Below are positions 37,072-47,027 of a stretch of 64,000 nucleotides of DNA, piece by piece. Numbering within the stretch: the stretch's first letter is position 1; each line of letters opens with the position of its first letter. The notes beneath the pieces were generated by a model that did no database searches, was not told where the DNA came from, and worked only from the letters and a program-made list of their open reading frames with translations. Source of the DNA: Verrucomicrobiia bacterium (GTDB lineage Bacteria > Verrucomicrobiota > Verrucomicrobiia > Palsa-1439). The translations under genes were made by a program, and so were the position numbers. Where the stretch lies: NCBI GenBank assembly GCA_052146795.1, contig JBKQMH010000151.1:1502-65501 (forward strand). Direction: 5' to 3'.

Positions 37072-38262
37072 TCAGGCGGTCAACGCCGTCGCCTCGGCAT
37101 AGCCGATTTCCTTGTTGGTCAAATAGCAGGCTGGGTCGGACGCCCACGGATCGCCGTACACCTGCGCCGCCCGGACGCGGAAACTCCCGCCGCAAATGTC
37201 CTGGAACCGGCACTGCCCGCACCGTCCCTTGAGTAACGGCAAGCGGTTCCGCAATTTCGCCAAGAGCGGGATCGAGTTGTCGGACCAAACCTGGCTGAAC
37301 GGCCGCTGCTTCACATTGCCCAGCGTGGCGGCCTGCCAGAACTGGTCGGGATGGACGTTGCCTTGCGTGTCGATATTGGCGATCCCGATGCCCGAGGAGT
37401 TGGCGCCGCCGCCATTCCACTTCATCAATTTGTGGACCTGCTCGGCGCGTTCGGCGTCGCGCTCGCACAGCTTCAAGTACACGTAGGCGTTGTCCGCGTG
37501 GTTGTCGACCGTCAGGATTTCCTTCTTCAACCCTCGTTGATGAAACGACAGGGTACGTTCGAGAATGATGTCCATGGCGCGACGAATCTCCGCCGTCGTC
37601 AACTCGTCGGCGGCGTTGCCGCGACCCGAATACACGAGATGATAAAAGCACGCGCGCTGGATGCCCTCGGCCTCGATGAAGTTGAAAATGTCGTGCAAAT
37701 CCATGCAATTGCGGCGAGTCAGCGTCAGGCGCAAACCAACTTTCTGATCGACCGCGCGACAATTACGCATCCCGCGCACCGCTCCCTCGAATGCGCCCTT
37801 CTTGCCGCGGAAAATATCGTTGGTCTCGCCAATGCCATCCAGCGAGATGCCGACGTACGTGGTGCCGAGTTCCTTGAGCTTCTTCGCCGCGGCTTCATCC
37901 AGTAACGTACCGTTCGTCGAGAGCGTAAGTCGGAGTCCCTTGCCGACGGCATAGCCCATGAGATCGAACAAGTCAGGTCGGGTGAGCGGCTCGCCGCCGG
38001 AAAACAAGACGGCCGGTACTTGGAACACCGCGAGGTCGTCGATCACCCGCAACGCTTCGTCGTGAGTCAGTTCGCCGGGATACTTCTGCGCGTAGCTGTC
38101 CGAGTAACAATGCACGCAACGCAGGTTGCAGGTGCGCGTGACGTTCCACACGACGATCGGACGGCGTTCCGCGGCGGATTTCGGAGCACCCTGGCCATGA
38201 CCGTATCGCAACCCATCGGCGGGCTGCTCTTCACCACAGTAAAGCTTGGTAATGTTGACCAT
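37072..38262 (-). CDS. Radical SAM/SPASM protein, NirJ/AhbC/AhbD family (haem-type tetrapyrrole modification)
   Basis: VVWNVTRTCNLRCVHCY (Cx3Cx2C), LFSGGEPL, C-terminal SPASM cysteines (CGQCRFQDICGG...CY). Confidence 0.7.
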   Translation of the reverse strand: MVNITKLYCGEEQPADGLRYGHGQGAPKSAAERRPIVVWNVTRTCNLRCVHCYSDSYAQKYPGELTHDEALRVIDDLAVFQVPAVLFSGGEPLTRPDLFDLMGYAVGKGLRLTLSTNGTLLDEAAAKKLKELGTTYVGISLDGIGETNDIFRGKKGAFEGAVRGMRNCRAVDQKVGLRLTLTRRNCMDLHDIFNFIEAEGIQRACFYHLVYSGRGNAADELTTAEIRRAMDIILERTLSFHQRGLKKEILTVDNHADNAYVYLKLCERDAERAEQVHKLMKWNGGGANSSGIGIANIDTQGNVHPDQFWQAATLGNVKQRPFSQVWSDNSIPLLAKLRNRLPLLKGRCGQCRFQDICGGSFRVRAAQVYGDPWASDPACYLTNKEIGYAEATALTA

Positions 38263-38287
38263 GACGCTTCCTCCCGGCGTTGCCGCG

Positions 38288-39445
38288 CTACAATGCTTCG
38301 TCCAAAATCTCCTGTTTCCTCATCCGTCGCGGCTCGTAAATGCAGTGTGGCTCTTCCGCCATGTAATTGCCGTGGGTTGCGTAAAATGCCCGGGCACGAC
38401 AGCCGAGACACACTTTTTTGAATTCACACAGCCCGCACTTGCCTTCGAGTTGTTCGACATCGCGCAGGCGACTGAACACTTCCGAGTGCTCCCAAATCTC
38501 CTGCACCGGCTGGTGTTTCACGTTGCCCGCGCTAACGGGCAGATAACCGCACGGGAAAACCTCGCCCGTGTGCGACACGAAGCAAATGGCGCTGCCAGCC
38601 AGGCAGCCCTTCGTCATCGCGGCCATGTTCGGACCGCCGCCATGGCTCGGACGCCCCGGATGACCGTGTCCGGGTTTACCATGGCTGTGCGTGGCCTCGA
38701 TGTGAACATGCTCCACTGTAGCGCGCTGACGCATCACGCGGAAATAATGCGGCGCGCACGTCGCCTTGAGATGAAGAGCGCGCTCCTTGCTCTTGTCGTA
38801 CATCCAGTTGAGCACGCGCTCGTATTCCTCGGCGGGCAGCATGTTCGACTCGGCGATTTGCACCCCGCAGCCGACGGGGACCAGCATGAACAGGTGCAAC
38901 GCGTCTGCGCCAAGTTCCTGGGCGGTGGCATAGAGTGTCTCGATCTGGTGCACATTGTGCCGGGTGACGGTGCAGTTGATTTGCATGCTCATCCCGAGGC
39001 GGCGCAGGTGACGAAAGCCTTTCACCGCCGCCGCCAACGAGCCGGGCTGGCGACGAAAACTGTCGTGTGTGGTCTCGTCGGCGCCATCAATGCTGATCGC
39101 GACGCGTTGGATGCCGCTATCAACAATCGCGTGGGCCATGCGTTCGTCGATGAGCGTCCCGTTGGTGGCCAACGCTACCGCCAACCCTTGGTCGCGCGCG
39201 TGCACCGCGATCTGGAAAATGTCCGGTCGGAAAAGTGGTTCGCCACCGGACAGGACGAGGATGGGTTTGGCAAACGCTGCCAATGCGCGGACAAACAGCA
39301 GCGCTTCCTGGGTGCTAAGATCGTTTTTCATGAGCTGCCGGCTCACGTCGAGACGGCGGCAATGAATGCACTCCAGATTGCAGCCCGCCGTCGTCTCCCA
39401 AAAGAGAAGCCTCAGCTCGTTGTGGTTTTTGGTTTCTGCGACCAT
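38288..39445 (-). CDS. Radical SAM/SPASM protein, NirJ/AhbC/AhbD family (AhbD/haem-synthase-like)
   Basis: LFWETTAGCNLECIHC, LSGGEPL, SPASM (CGLCEFKKVCLGCRARA). Start placed at MVAETKNH (39445) because a sigma-54-like promoter element lies inside the longer track ORF. Confidence 0.7.
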   Translation of the reverse strand: MVAETKNHNELRLLFWETTAGCNLECIHCRRLDVSRQLMKNDLSTQEALLFVRALAAFAKPILVLSGGEPLFRPDIFQIAVHARDQGLAVALATNGTLIDERMAHAIVDSGIQRVAISIDGADETTHDSFRRQPGSLAAAVKGFRHLRRLGMSMQINCTVTRHNVHQIETLYATAQELGADALHLFMLVPVGCGVQIAESNMLPAEEYERVLNWMYDKSKERALHLKATCAPHYFRVMRQRATVEHVHIEATHSHGKPGHGHPGRPSHGGGPNMAAMTKGCLAGSAICFVSHTGEVFPCGYLPVSAGNVKHQPVQEIWEHSEVFSRLRDVEQLEGKCGLCEFKKVCLGCRARAFYATHGNYMAEEPHCIYEPRRMRKQEILDEAL

Positions 39446-39462
39446 AGCCGCAGAATGATTTA

Positions 39463-39477
39463 GCACTGACGGTGCCA
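39463..39477 (-). promoter_or_regulatory. Candidate sigma-54 (-24/-12) promoter, minus strand reads TGGCACCGTCAGTGC
   Basis: GG-N10-GC spacing. Shares TGGCA-N-CTGC architecture with 45310..45324 and 61962..61976. 18 nt upstream of the ATG. Confidence 0.35.
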
Positions 39478-39654
39478 GCACGAGGAAGCGAAGTTCTAAC
39501 TAACGGTGCTGCAATGAACTACGCAGGAAAACACGATGAGGCCTGTGCCCTAAGAACCTGACATTTTGGCAAGATGGCACGAGCCATGTCGACAAGTTGT
39601 CGGCTTGGCCCACTTACTTCAGGAGTGACCGCTGTTTTGGCGCCCCATCTGATA

Positions 39655-41667
39655 CTAGAAGCGGACGCTGCAACTGGCGCTGACCAGATTCGCGACGTAG
39701 TTGTTGAAACCGCCGGTGCTGGACTCGTCGTACGAGTAGAACCCGTAGCGAAGGCGGGCGACCGCATTCTTGCTGATCTTGCGGCTGACGCCTGCCTGAA
39801 CTGCATGGCGTTGGAAATTCAATCCCAGTGGCAGACCGGCGGCGTCGTTGTTGCTGAAATTGTCCGAACACGAGTAGCTGTATTCAAGTGTGAGATCGGT
39901 CTTGTTGTCGATCGCGTAGCCGGTTGTGGCCATGACCGTATACACGTTGCCCCGGTACGTTTGGACGGCGGGGTTTTGATTGACGGGCGTGCTCGTCCGC
40001 GTGTCTTGCAACGAGAAGTAGCCGGTCAGGTACCATCGAGACATCGGCGTGACCGTCGCGCTCACGCTGTAAATATTCAAATCGTAATCGCCCGACTGGA
40101 GTGTGCCGCCGGGCGTAATCACCGGAACAGCTTCCGTGCTGGTGCGGATGTCGGTGGACACGAGCTGGTAGGTGAACGCGACGCTGAACCGCGAGCACGG
40201 GCGCAAGGTCAGTTTGGCCATGGCCTCGTCGGTGGTGAAATCCTGCGCGGTGATGAATCCGGGGTAGCCCACAACGGTGTCGATGGGATAGTCGTAGTCA
40301 TCGTGATCAATGTAATGTCGATAACTGCCGGCCAGCGTCATACGGGACAGCGGTGCGGTGTTGAAGCCAACGCGGTAGTCCTGTCGCAATGTTGTCTCGT
40401 TGGAGTCGACGGCGAGGCTGGAAGCGCCGTCCTCCGTCTCCGTTTGGTCCAAATCGATTTGCTCTTCGTTCCATTGGCCCTCGGCGTAGAGGGTGGTGTA
40501 CGGAATCTTCGTATACCGCATGCCGAGGGTTTCTGAGAGGCTCTCGGTGTTCTCGGACGAACGAATCAGGTTGGTCGTCGCCGCCGAACCGCCTTGTGCG
40601 AGAAGCGCGTCGGTAAAACCGTGCGTATCTGTTTTTTCCGCCTGCAATCCGCCGTAGAGAATGAGGCCCTTGAACGGCCCAAACATGGTATTCAGGTTGA
40701 CCACGTCGGAATCCAACTCAACCCCGATCGCATTGGCCGTCCCGCCGATGTCGAACGGCCCGACCGGCGGCGGGGTACTTACCTGGATGTCGCCGTTACC
40801 GGAGAGCGAGCTGTGCAGATAACCGAGCGACCAATACACCTTGTCATTCACATGGCAGTCCATATGGAACGTATTGTAGAAGGCATCCTGATGATAGTCC
40901 TCGTGAACTGTCACCGTTTGGCTGGAACTCGTGTTCAGGTCTATCGAGGTATCATCGCGCGTATCATCGCTGCCGAAGTGTTCATAGCGGAAGTCGTCCA
41001 ACAGGTGGACCTTGCTAATGTCATAGTCCACGCTCAATTTGACGATATCGGTGTGTTCTTTGATGCCGTCGGTCGAGGGATAAATCTTGCGCGTGTTCGC
41101 GCCCTGCGTGACGCCCCCCCACTCGACCAATGATTCGTCGCCATCCTGTGATTGTCGCTCATAGCCGACGGTGACTTTGGGGAGATTGGGCAAGGTCAGT
41201 CCAGCCTCGAAGAAGATATCGCTGTTATCGATCCGCAGGCCTTGATCCAGACGGAATGACGACGGCGTAAACGGCCCGTAGAAGCCCCCCTGGCTGTCGT
41301 AGTACTCGCGATATTCGGTGTACCCGGTCCGAACAAAACCGAAGTCCCGTTTCGTCAATTGTAACTGGAATTTGTAGTCGTGCTCATCAATGATAAACCG
41401 GCCTTCGCCATCGAGCGTCGTGTCTTTGTTGAGATCGTAATGCAGCGTTCCATCCTCAACGCCGCCGTTCCAGCCCGGCTCGATCCCGAGGTCTTCGCGG
41501 AATTTCTGGGCATTGCCGGACACCTTCGCATACGTCACCTCCGGCGTCCCGGACAACTGGATCGGCGAATTGGTTTGCGAATCATCGCCCCGGGCAGCGG
41601 CGAGCGTCATCAGTCCCAGCGGGAGGGTAACGAGGAGCACTTTGTAGAAGGTGTATTTCATCACCAT
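39655..41667 (-). CDS. Large outer-membrane beta-barrel of a porin-cytochrome conduit (MtrB/OmbB-like by context)
   Basis: 670 aa, signal peptide, alternating-hydrophobic strand pattern throughout, C-terminal ...SCSVRF. Immediately downstream of two multihaem cytochromes. Confidence 0.55.
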   Translation of the reverse strand: MVMKYTFYKVLLVTLPLGLMTLAAARGDDSQTNSPIQLSGTPEVTYAKVSGNAQKFREDLGIEPGWNGGVEDGTLHYDLNKDTTLDGEGRFIIDEHDYKFQLQLTKRDFGFVRTGYTEYREYYDSQGGFYGPFTPSSFRLDQGLRIDNSDIFFEAGLTLPNLPKVTVGYERQSQDGDESLVEWGGVTQGANTRKIYPSTDGIKEHTDIVKLSVDYDISKVHLLDDFRYEHFGSDDTRDDTSIDLNTSSSQTVTVHEDYHQDAFYNTFHMDCHVNDKVYWSLGYLHSSLSGNGDIQVSTPPPVGPFDIGGTANAIGVELDSDVVNLNTMFGPFKGLILYGGLQAEKTDTHGFTDALLAQGGSAATTNLIRSSENTESLSETLGMRYTKIPYTTLYAEGQWNEEQIDLDQTETEDGASSLAVDSNETTLRQDYRVGFNTAPLSRMTLAGSYRHYIDHDDYDYPIDTVVGYPGFITAQDFTTDEAMAKLTLRPCSRFSVAFTYQLVSTDIRTSTEAVPVITPGGTLQSGDYDLNIYSVSATVTPMSRWYLTGYFSLQDTRTSTPVNQNPAVQTYRGNVYTVMATTGYAIDNKTDLTLEYSYSCSDNFSNNDAAGLPLGLNFQRHAVQAGVSRKISKNAVARLRYGFYSYDESSTGGFNNYVANLVSASCSVRF

Positions 41668-41674
41668 GGCTCCG

Positions 41675-42481
41675 TCAATACCGCAGGTGCGCGTTAATGT
41701 CCGAACCGTGAACGGCCGTGTGACAACCCGCGCTGAAACAGGTGCCCTGTTCTAGGAAGCTGGTGGGCGCAAACCCGGCGTGCGGCATGTTCCCGATCGA
41801 TACGACGCCGGGCAGGGTGGGCGAGGCCACCTGCGCGTGGCACTTCAGGCACAGATTATTGTCGCGCTCGGTCAACATCTTCGGGTTGATCGAGCCGTGC
41901 ACGTTGTGGCAAGAGGTGCACCCTTCGCGCATCGCCTCATGCTCGTAGACGTGCGGCCGGGCCTGCTCGCGATGGCATTGCGCGCAATCCTCGTTCACGC
42001 GGCCGACCAGCATGCCCTTCGGTTTGAGAATGTCTTCGCCATGCGGATCGTGACAGGAGATGCAACTCATCCGCCCTTCCTTGACGGGATGATGGTATTG
42101 GAGACTAAACTCGGCGTTCTTATCGAGATGGCACTGGAAACACGCCTCGGGACTCTTGCCGGGGTTGACGATCAGTTTGCGGTCCCCGCCCGAATCCACA
42201 TGTAAACTGCCGGGACCGTGGCAACTCTCGCATCCTTGCCCTTCCACACGCGGTCCCTCGCCGGGAATCTGGATTCGCGCGTGCTCCGTAAGCTTGAAGT
42301 TCTTCACTTCCTTCTCGTGGCACAACGCGCATTGATCCATGCCGACGTACTTGGCGCCCGGAATCATCGGCGGGGCAAGAACCACCCGATCCACCGTCGC
42401 GCAGGAGATGATCAATGCGGCCAACGCGGCGCCACCGATGGCTGCGACTGTTACCGCAGTTGAGGATCGTGGGCTATTCAA
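41675..42481 (-). CDS. Periplasmic multihaem cytochrome c (7 CxxCH + 1 Cx4CH), lipoprotein-like signal
   Basis: CALCH, CESCH, CFQCH, CISCH, CAQCH, CTSCH, CLKCH, CFSAGCH. Signal with ...LIISC. Confidence 0.8.
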   Translation of the reverse strand: MNSPRSSTAVTVAAIGGAALAALIISCATVDRVVLAPPMIPGAKYVGMDQCALCHEKEVKNFKLTEHARIQIPGEGPRVEGQGCESCHGPGSLHVDSGGDRKLIVNPGKSPEACFQCHLDKNAEFSLQYHHPVKEGRMSCISCHDPHGEDILKPKGMLVGRVNEDCAQCHREQARPHVYEHEAMREGCTSCHNVHGSINPKMLTERDNNLCLKCHAQVASPTLPGVVSIGNMPHAGFAPTSFLEQGTCFSAGCHTAVHGSDINAHLRY

Positions 42482-42592
42482 GGATCACCTCTGGTACCAA
42501 TCTCTGCCTGCGAAGGGTCGGGCGGCCGCCTTCGACGACTTGCGTCCTCTGAGCCGCCGCCCGTGTCGAAACCCGCGCCATCGCGCCCACTC

Positions 42593-45280
42593 CTACCGGA
42601 GGACGGCGTACGGATAGGCGTTCGTGTACGTCCTGGTCACGTCATTGTAAAAGTTCGTGCTCAGATCGGTGTAGGTCGTTTGCAACAGGCGGATGGTGAA
42701 CTGCGAGTTGTGCACGCCCATGCTGCCTTCGAAATACTCCAGATTCCAATTCCAAGCGGCCTTGCGTTGCGCTGCCGTCAAAGCTACATTGTTGGTGGAA
42801 TAGCCGCCGCCGAAATAAATAGTGCTTCCATGCGCGATGGTATTGGAGAGACCCGTCGCGTACATCAGGGTCGCCAGATTGTTCAACAGTCCCTGCGTTT
42901 GCGTCTGGATGCCTTCGATCACGCCATTCGTATTGCCGTCATAATTTTGGAAGTTCGCCGCCTGATAGTCGAAGTTAGTGACCGGCCCGAAGCTCCCGTG
43001 GCACTGGTTGCACGCGGCAATGTTCTCCACCACATTGGTCATACCATTCGTGCCCACATATTGGTACGTCATCTCAAACGTGTGGGAGCCCAGCACGTTC
43101 GCATAGGTGGCAAGGTTGTTTGCCGTGATCACAACCGGCGCGTCATTGACGAGGATCGTGTCACCCGCCTTGAGTGAATACATATGGCATTCTTGGCAGC
43201 TCGCCAGGTACGTGTGGAAAGAATTCCCCATCTCCTGGCCATAATCGCAGGCGCCCAAGCCGGCGAACATTTCGCCAGCGGTGCTCATGTCCGGTGTAGT
43301 TGTCTGGTAGAACATCTGATTGGTACCGGAGCCGCTGACCTGGATTTGCGTCGGCCACATTCGCTCATTGTGGCAGACCATGCAGGCCGCGGACAAACCA
43401 GCATTGGTCACGGTGACGGTGCTGTTGGTCAACGCCAGATTCGCCGTGGTCAGGCTGTCGCCGAGGCCGATGCGAACCGTCGGGCTGTTCGTCAGTAGCG
43501 GGTTGCCCAATTGGACGGTGTCATAAACCCGCAATTGGTGGCGCGCCGAATCGGGCGCATTGCCGAAGTTGCTATGCGGATCGTGGCAGACCTGGCAGGT
43601 CAACGGCCCGGTGCCCAGGGCCACCGCGGTCAAGCCCGCCGCGTTGGTGATGGCGGCGGCGACCTGGTTCGTCGCGACGCTGATAAAGGCAGCGGGCGAA
43701 TGGCATCGCGCGCAGCCTGAATTGTTGCCCTCTGAATCGGATATGCTCTCAAACGCTCCCGCGTGCGGCGAAATCTCCCATTGCTGGACATTGACTTCCT
43801 CGGTGCCGCTCTGGTGGCAGCTCGAGCAGACCTTCTCATTCAGGCTGACGGACGGCGAACCCGGATGCTGGCTGCCGGGACCGTGGCAGTTTTCGCACTG
43901 GATGTTGGCCAGATTCTGGAGCTGAGCGGGCATCAACGCGTAGTTGCCCGCTTGGAGCACGGTGGGGAAATTCCAGCCAAGTTGTTGTTGGACAGCATAG
44001 AAATTGCCGTTGGCCGCCGCCGCCGGTGATTGGTTGAAGCCGACGGTATGGCATTGGAAGCAAGACTCGTTGTAATGCGAGGAGAGGACTCCGTCCACCC
44101 CGCGCTGGGCCATCGTCGCATGCCCCGTCCCTTGCCACGGCGTAACCATATCGGCCAGACCGACCAGGTTGCCCGGGCCATGGCAGATCGCGCAGAACTC
44201 CACACCGGTCCAGCTGGCCGCCGTGTTGGTGACAGTCTGGCCCGTGACATTGTCCTGAATCACGTATATGCCCTGGACGTCAGGCCGCAACGCAGCGATC
44301 AAACCATTGGTGTGTGTAAGGGCGGCGACGGAACCAGCAGGCTTGGACACGAGTGACCAGTTCATGCTATTGGTCGCCCCCTTATAAAAGGCGGTTACGC
44401 CTGCCGGAATATTCGGTTGTGCGGGCGTCTGGACGGAACACGCCACCGTGAAAACCCCGGTGCGTGTGACCGAGCCATTGCTGACGAGCACTTGGAAGCC
44501 GTACGTGGCTGCGCCCGCCTCTTCGTTGTCAAGGGAAATGCCGCTGGCAGCGCCAAACCGATGTTCTGGCGGCACATACGGTTGATTCGTGTAAACGCCG
44601 GCGGTGTGAAAGTCGATAGTGTTCACGAAGGGTGCTGTCGTCGTGGCCATATCCACGAAGTTCGTCAGCGCATCCGTGGTGAAACTGGTCGAGACAGCGC
44701 CGTTGGCGCTCAGCGCAACCGTCTTGCCGCTGGTCTGGCTCCAGGTGTACGTCAGCGTCCCTGCCAGGCCACTGGTGGGGACGATCGAGCCGTCCAGCGT
44801 TACCGAGTTTTCGAATCCCACATCGTAGAGGTTTGTCGTCACAGTCAGAGACCCCGACGGAACGGCGTTGGTGACGGAGGTGATGGTAACGTGCAATGTC
44901 TTTGAGCCGATGTTCTTGCGGTCAAAAGTCGCGGTCACGTGCACAGTCGCAACGCCAACGAAGTTGGTGGGGATGAGAACCGATGTGCCCGACACGTTCG
45001 TACTGGCGCCAACCGGCGGGTTGGTAATGGTGAGCACGGGGAACTTCGTCGTCCGGAATTTTTTGCCGCTGACCGTGGCCTTGACGACCAACGGACCCGT
45101 GTTGGTCACGACATTCAAATCGAACTGGTAGCTGAGCGTGCCTCCCGACACGATGGTCCCGGCAGCTGAGACAGTCCCAAGCTTGGCGGCAGCAGGCGCG
45201 GCGTGTGTTTGCAAAGCGACCATGGTAGACAGTGCGACGACCAGCGCACCGACTCGTTTCAGAAAATGTGTTCCCGTCAT
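42593..45280 (-). CDS. Large secreted/surface multihaem cytochrome c (9 CxxCH) with N-terminal beta-rich (Ig-like) region
   Basis: Signal peptide, ~330-aa Thr/Val-rich N-terminal region, then CAICH, CFQCH, CENCH, CSSCH, CARCH, CQVCH, CMVCH, CQECH, CNQCH. Confidence 0.8.
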   Translation of the reverse strand: MTGTHFLKRVGALVVALSTMVALQTHAAPAAAKLGTVSAAGTIVSGGTLSYQFDLNVVTNTGPLVVKATVSGKKFRTTKFPVLTITNPPVGASTNVSGTSVLIPTNFVGVATVHVTATFDRKNIGSKTLHVTITSVTNAVPSGSLTVTTNLYDVGFENSVTLDGSIVPTSGLAGTLTYTWSQTSGKTVALSANGAVSTSFTTDALTNFVDMATTTAPFVNTIDFHTAGVYTNQPYVPPEHRFGAASGISLDNEEAGAATYGFQVLVSNGSVTRTGVFTVACSVQTPAQPNIPAGVTAFYKGATNSMNWSLVSKPAGSVAALTHTNGLIAALRPDVQGIYVIQDNVTGQTVTNTAASWTGVEFCAICHGPGNLVGLADMVTPWQGTGHATMAQRGVDGVLSSHYNESCFQCHTVGFNQSPAAAANGNFYAVQQQLGWNFPTVLQAGNYALMPAQLQNLANIQCENCHGPGSQHPGSPSVSLNEKVCSSCHQSGTEEVNVQQWEISPHAGAFESISDSEGNNSGCARCHSPAAFISVATNQVAAAITNAAGLTAVALGTGPLTCQVCHDPHSNFGNAPDSARHQLRVYDTVQLGNPLLTNSPTVRIGLGDSLTTANLALTNSTVTVTNAGLSAACMVCHNERMWPTQIQVSGSGTNQMFYQTTTPDMSTAGEMFAGLGACDYGQEMGNSFHTYLASCQECHMYSLKAGDTILVNDAPVVITANNLATYANVLGSHTFEMTYQYVGTNGMTNVVENIAACNQCHGSFGPVTNFDYQAANFQNYDGNTNGVIEGIQTQTQGLLNNLATLMYATGLSNTIAHGSTIYFGGGYSTNNVALTAAQRKAAWNWNLEYFEGSMGVHNSQFTIRLLQTTYTDLSTNFYNDVTRTYTNAYPYAVLR

Positions 45281-45309
45281 AAATGGTTGTCCTCCATCTC
45301 CCTGCTATG

Positions 45310-45324
45310 GCAGTGGACGTGCCA
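45310..45324 (-). promoter_or_regulatory. Candidate sigma-54 promoter, minus strand reads TGGCACGTCCACTGC
   Basis: TGGCACG-N4-CTGC with GG-N10-GC spacing, 30 nt upstream of the cytochrome ATG (GGAGG SD between). A sigma-54-dependent regulator is encoded immediately upstream. Confidence 0.5.
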
Positions 45325-45626
45325 AGGTCATCGTCCAATTCTGTAAGCGTGGCGCTGACAGCTACTTACTTGAAACGGCATGCTGGCACAAGACAATAAA
45401 TCACTGGAAGCTGCGCGGATTCGCTCAAAGAAATGCGTGCTTCCGCGCAACAGGACATCAACGCGCCAACCCAATGGCACCGCTTTCAACGGTTTTCGGG
45501 GCAGAACCGGCACACGGCACGAGCAGTGCTAAGCCGATAACGGTATGCTCACAGGCAGGACGTTGGGACTCGTGCTCGCGCTGATCGGGGTGATCGTAAT
45601 CGCCCTGTCAGCGGTCGTGATCTACT

Positions 45627-47027
45627 TCAGCACTTCGCCGCGCTGAGTTCGCTGGTCGTCGCGGCCAGATACCCGTACTTGATCAACCGGCGACGTAACG
45701 CGTCGCGCTCGATCCCCAGCAATTCCGCCGCGTGACACTGGTTGGCGCCGGCGCGTTCCATCGCCTGGTAAATCAATTCGCGTTCCACCTCCGCCAGTGC
45801 CACACCACCGGGGGGCAATTGAATGAGGGAATGTCCATTCAACCGCGTGCCCAGCCGCAGCTCCGTCGGCAGGTGTTCGGGCAGCACCACCTCGGCTCGC
45901 TCGAGGATGACCAGCCGCTCGATAACGTTGCGCAACTCGCGCACGTTGCCCGGCCATGCGTACTGCTGCAGCATCGTGGCGGCTTCCGCCGAAAGTTTCT
46001 TGATTGGCCTGTTGAACTCCTCAGAAAACCGAGCGAGGTAATGTTCCGCCAGCAACGGGATGTCTCCCGCTTGTTCGCGCAAGGACGGCATCCGCAGCGA
46101 AATGACCTTGAGCCGATAGTACAAATCCTGTCGGAATTCTCCCTTGGCCACGGCCTCCTCAAGGTTCTTGTTGGTCGCGGCGATCACACGCACATCCACG
46201 GAGATGTTTTGCGTGCCTCCGACGCGTTGAAACTCTCGCGACTCCAACACCCGCAGCAATTTCGCCTGCAGCGCGGGTTTCATGTCACCGACCTCATCGA
46301 GCAACACCGTGCCGCCGTCCGCGAGTTCAAATAGCCCCCTCTTGGTATTCTTCGCGTCGGTGAACGCGCCGCGCTCATGTCCGAACAACTCGCTTTCGAT
46401 GAGCGCGTCCGGAATTGCCGAGCAGTTGATCCCCATGAACGGCTGATTGGCCCGCGCGCTGCCGAAATGAATCGCGCGCGCCGCCAACTCCTTGCCCGTC
46501 CCGTTCTCGCCGTCGATGAACACCGTCGTGGCGTCGCTCTCGCCGACCCGCGCAATCAACTCTCGCACCTGGCGCATCTGCGGACTCACCCCGACAAGGT
46601 TTTCCAAGCCGAACTTGCGGCGTTGCGCGCGGCGGATGCGCGTGACTTCCCGACGCAGTTTCAAGTCCTCGCGCGCCTTTTCCAGCGCCACGCGCACTTC
46701 GTCAAACTCGAACGGCTTGCACAGATAATTGTACGCGCCGAGCCGCACGCATTCGACGGCGCGCGCGATCGACGTTTCCGCGGTCAACATGATGACGGCG
46801 ATGTCGCGCTCCAGATTCCTGATCTCTTGCAGCACTTGTACGCCGTCGATTCCCGGCAATCGTAAATCCAGCAGCACCAGGTCGAAACCGTCCTCGCGGA
46901 TGAGGTTCAGTCCCTCCTCGCCCGTCGGCGCCGATTCGACCTCGTAGCCTTCGCGGCCCAGCTTTTGTTGAAGTGACCAACGTACGAGTTTCTCGTCGTC
47001 GATAATGAGTATCTTAGTTCTCGACAT
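45627..47027 (-). CDS. Sigma-54-dependent response regulator (NtrC family)
   Basis: Receiver (ILIIDDE), AAA+ sigma-54 activation domain (GESGTGKE-like FIDGENGTGKE, GAFTDA), C-terminal HTH. Confidence 0.9.
   Translation of the reverse strand: MSRTKILIIDDEKLVRWSLQQKLGREGYEVESAPTGEEGLNLIREDGFDLVLLDLRLPGIDGVQVLQEIRNLERDIAVIMLTAETSIARAVECVRLGAYNYLCKPFEFDEVRVALEKAREDLKLRREVTRIRRAQRRKFGLENLVGVSPQMRQVRELIARVGESDATTVFIDGENGTGKELAARAIHFGSARANQPFMGINCSAIPDALIESELFGHERGAFTDAKNTKRGLFELADGGTVLLDEVGDMKPALQAKLLRVLESREFQRVGGTQNISVDVRVIAATNKNLEEAVAKGEFRQDLYYRLKVISLRMPSLREQAGDIPLLAEHYLARFSEEFNRPIKKLSAEAATMLQQYAWPGNVRELRNVIERLVILERAEVVLPEHLPTELRLGTRLNGHSLIQLPPGGVALAEVERELIYQAMERAGANQCHAAELLGIERDALRRRLIKYGYLAATTSELSAAKC

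Noticed and set aside
39574-41133. Plus-strand ORFs antisense to the beta-barrel gene
   Set aside because: No signal peptide or motifs. The opposite strand encodes a coherent 670-aa barrel ending in F.
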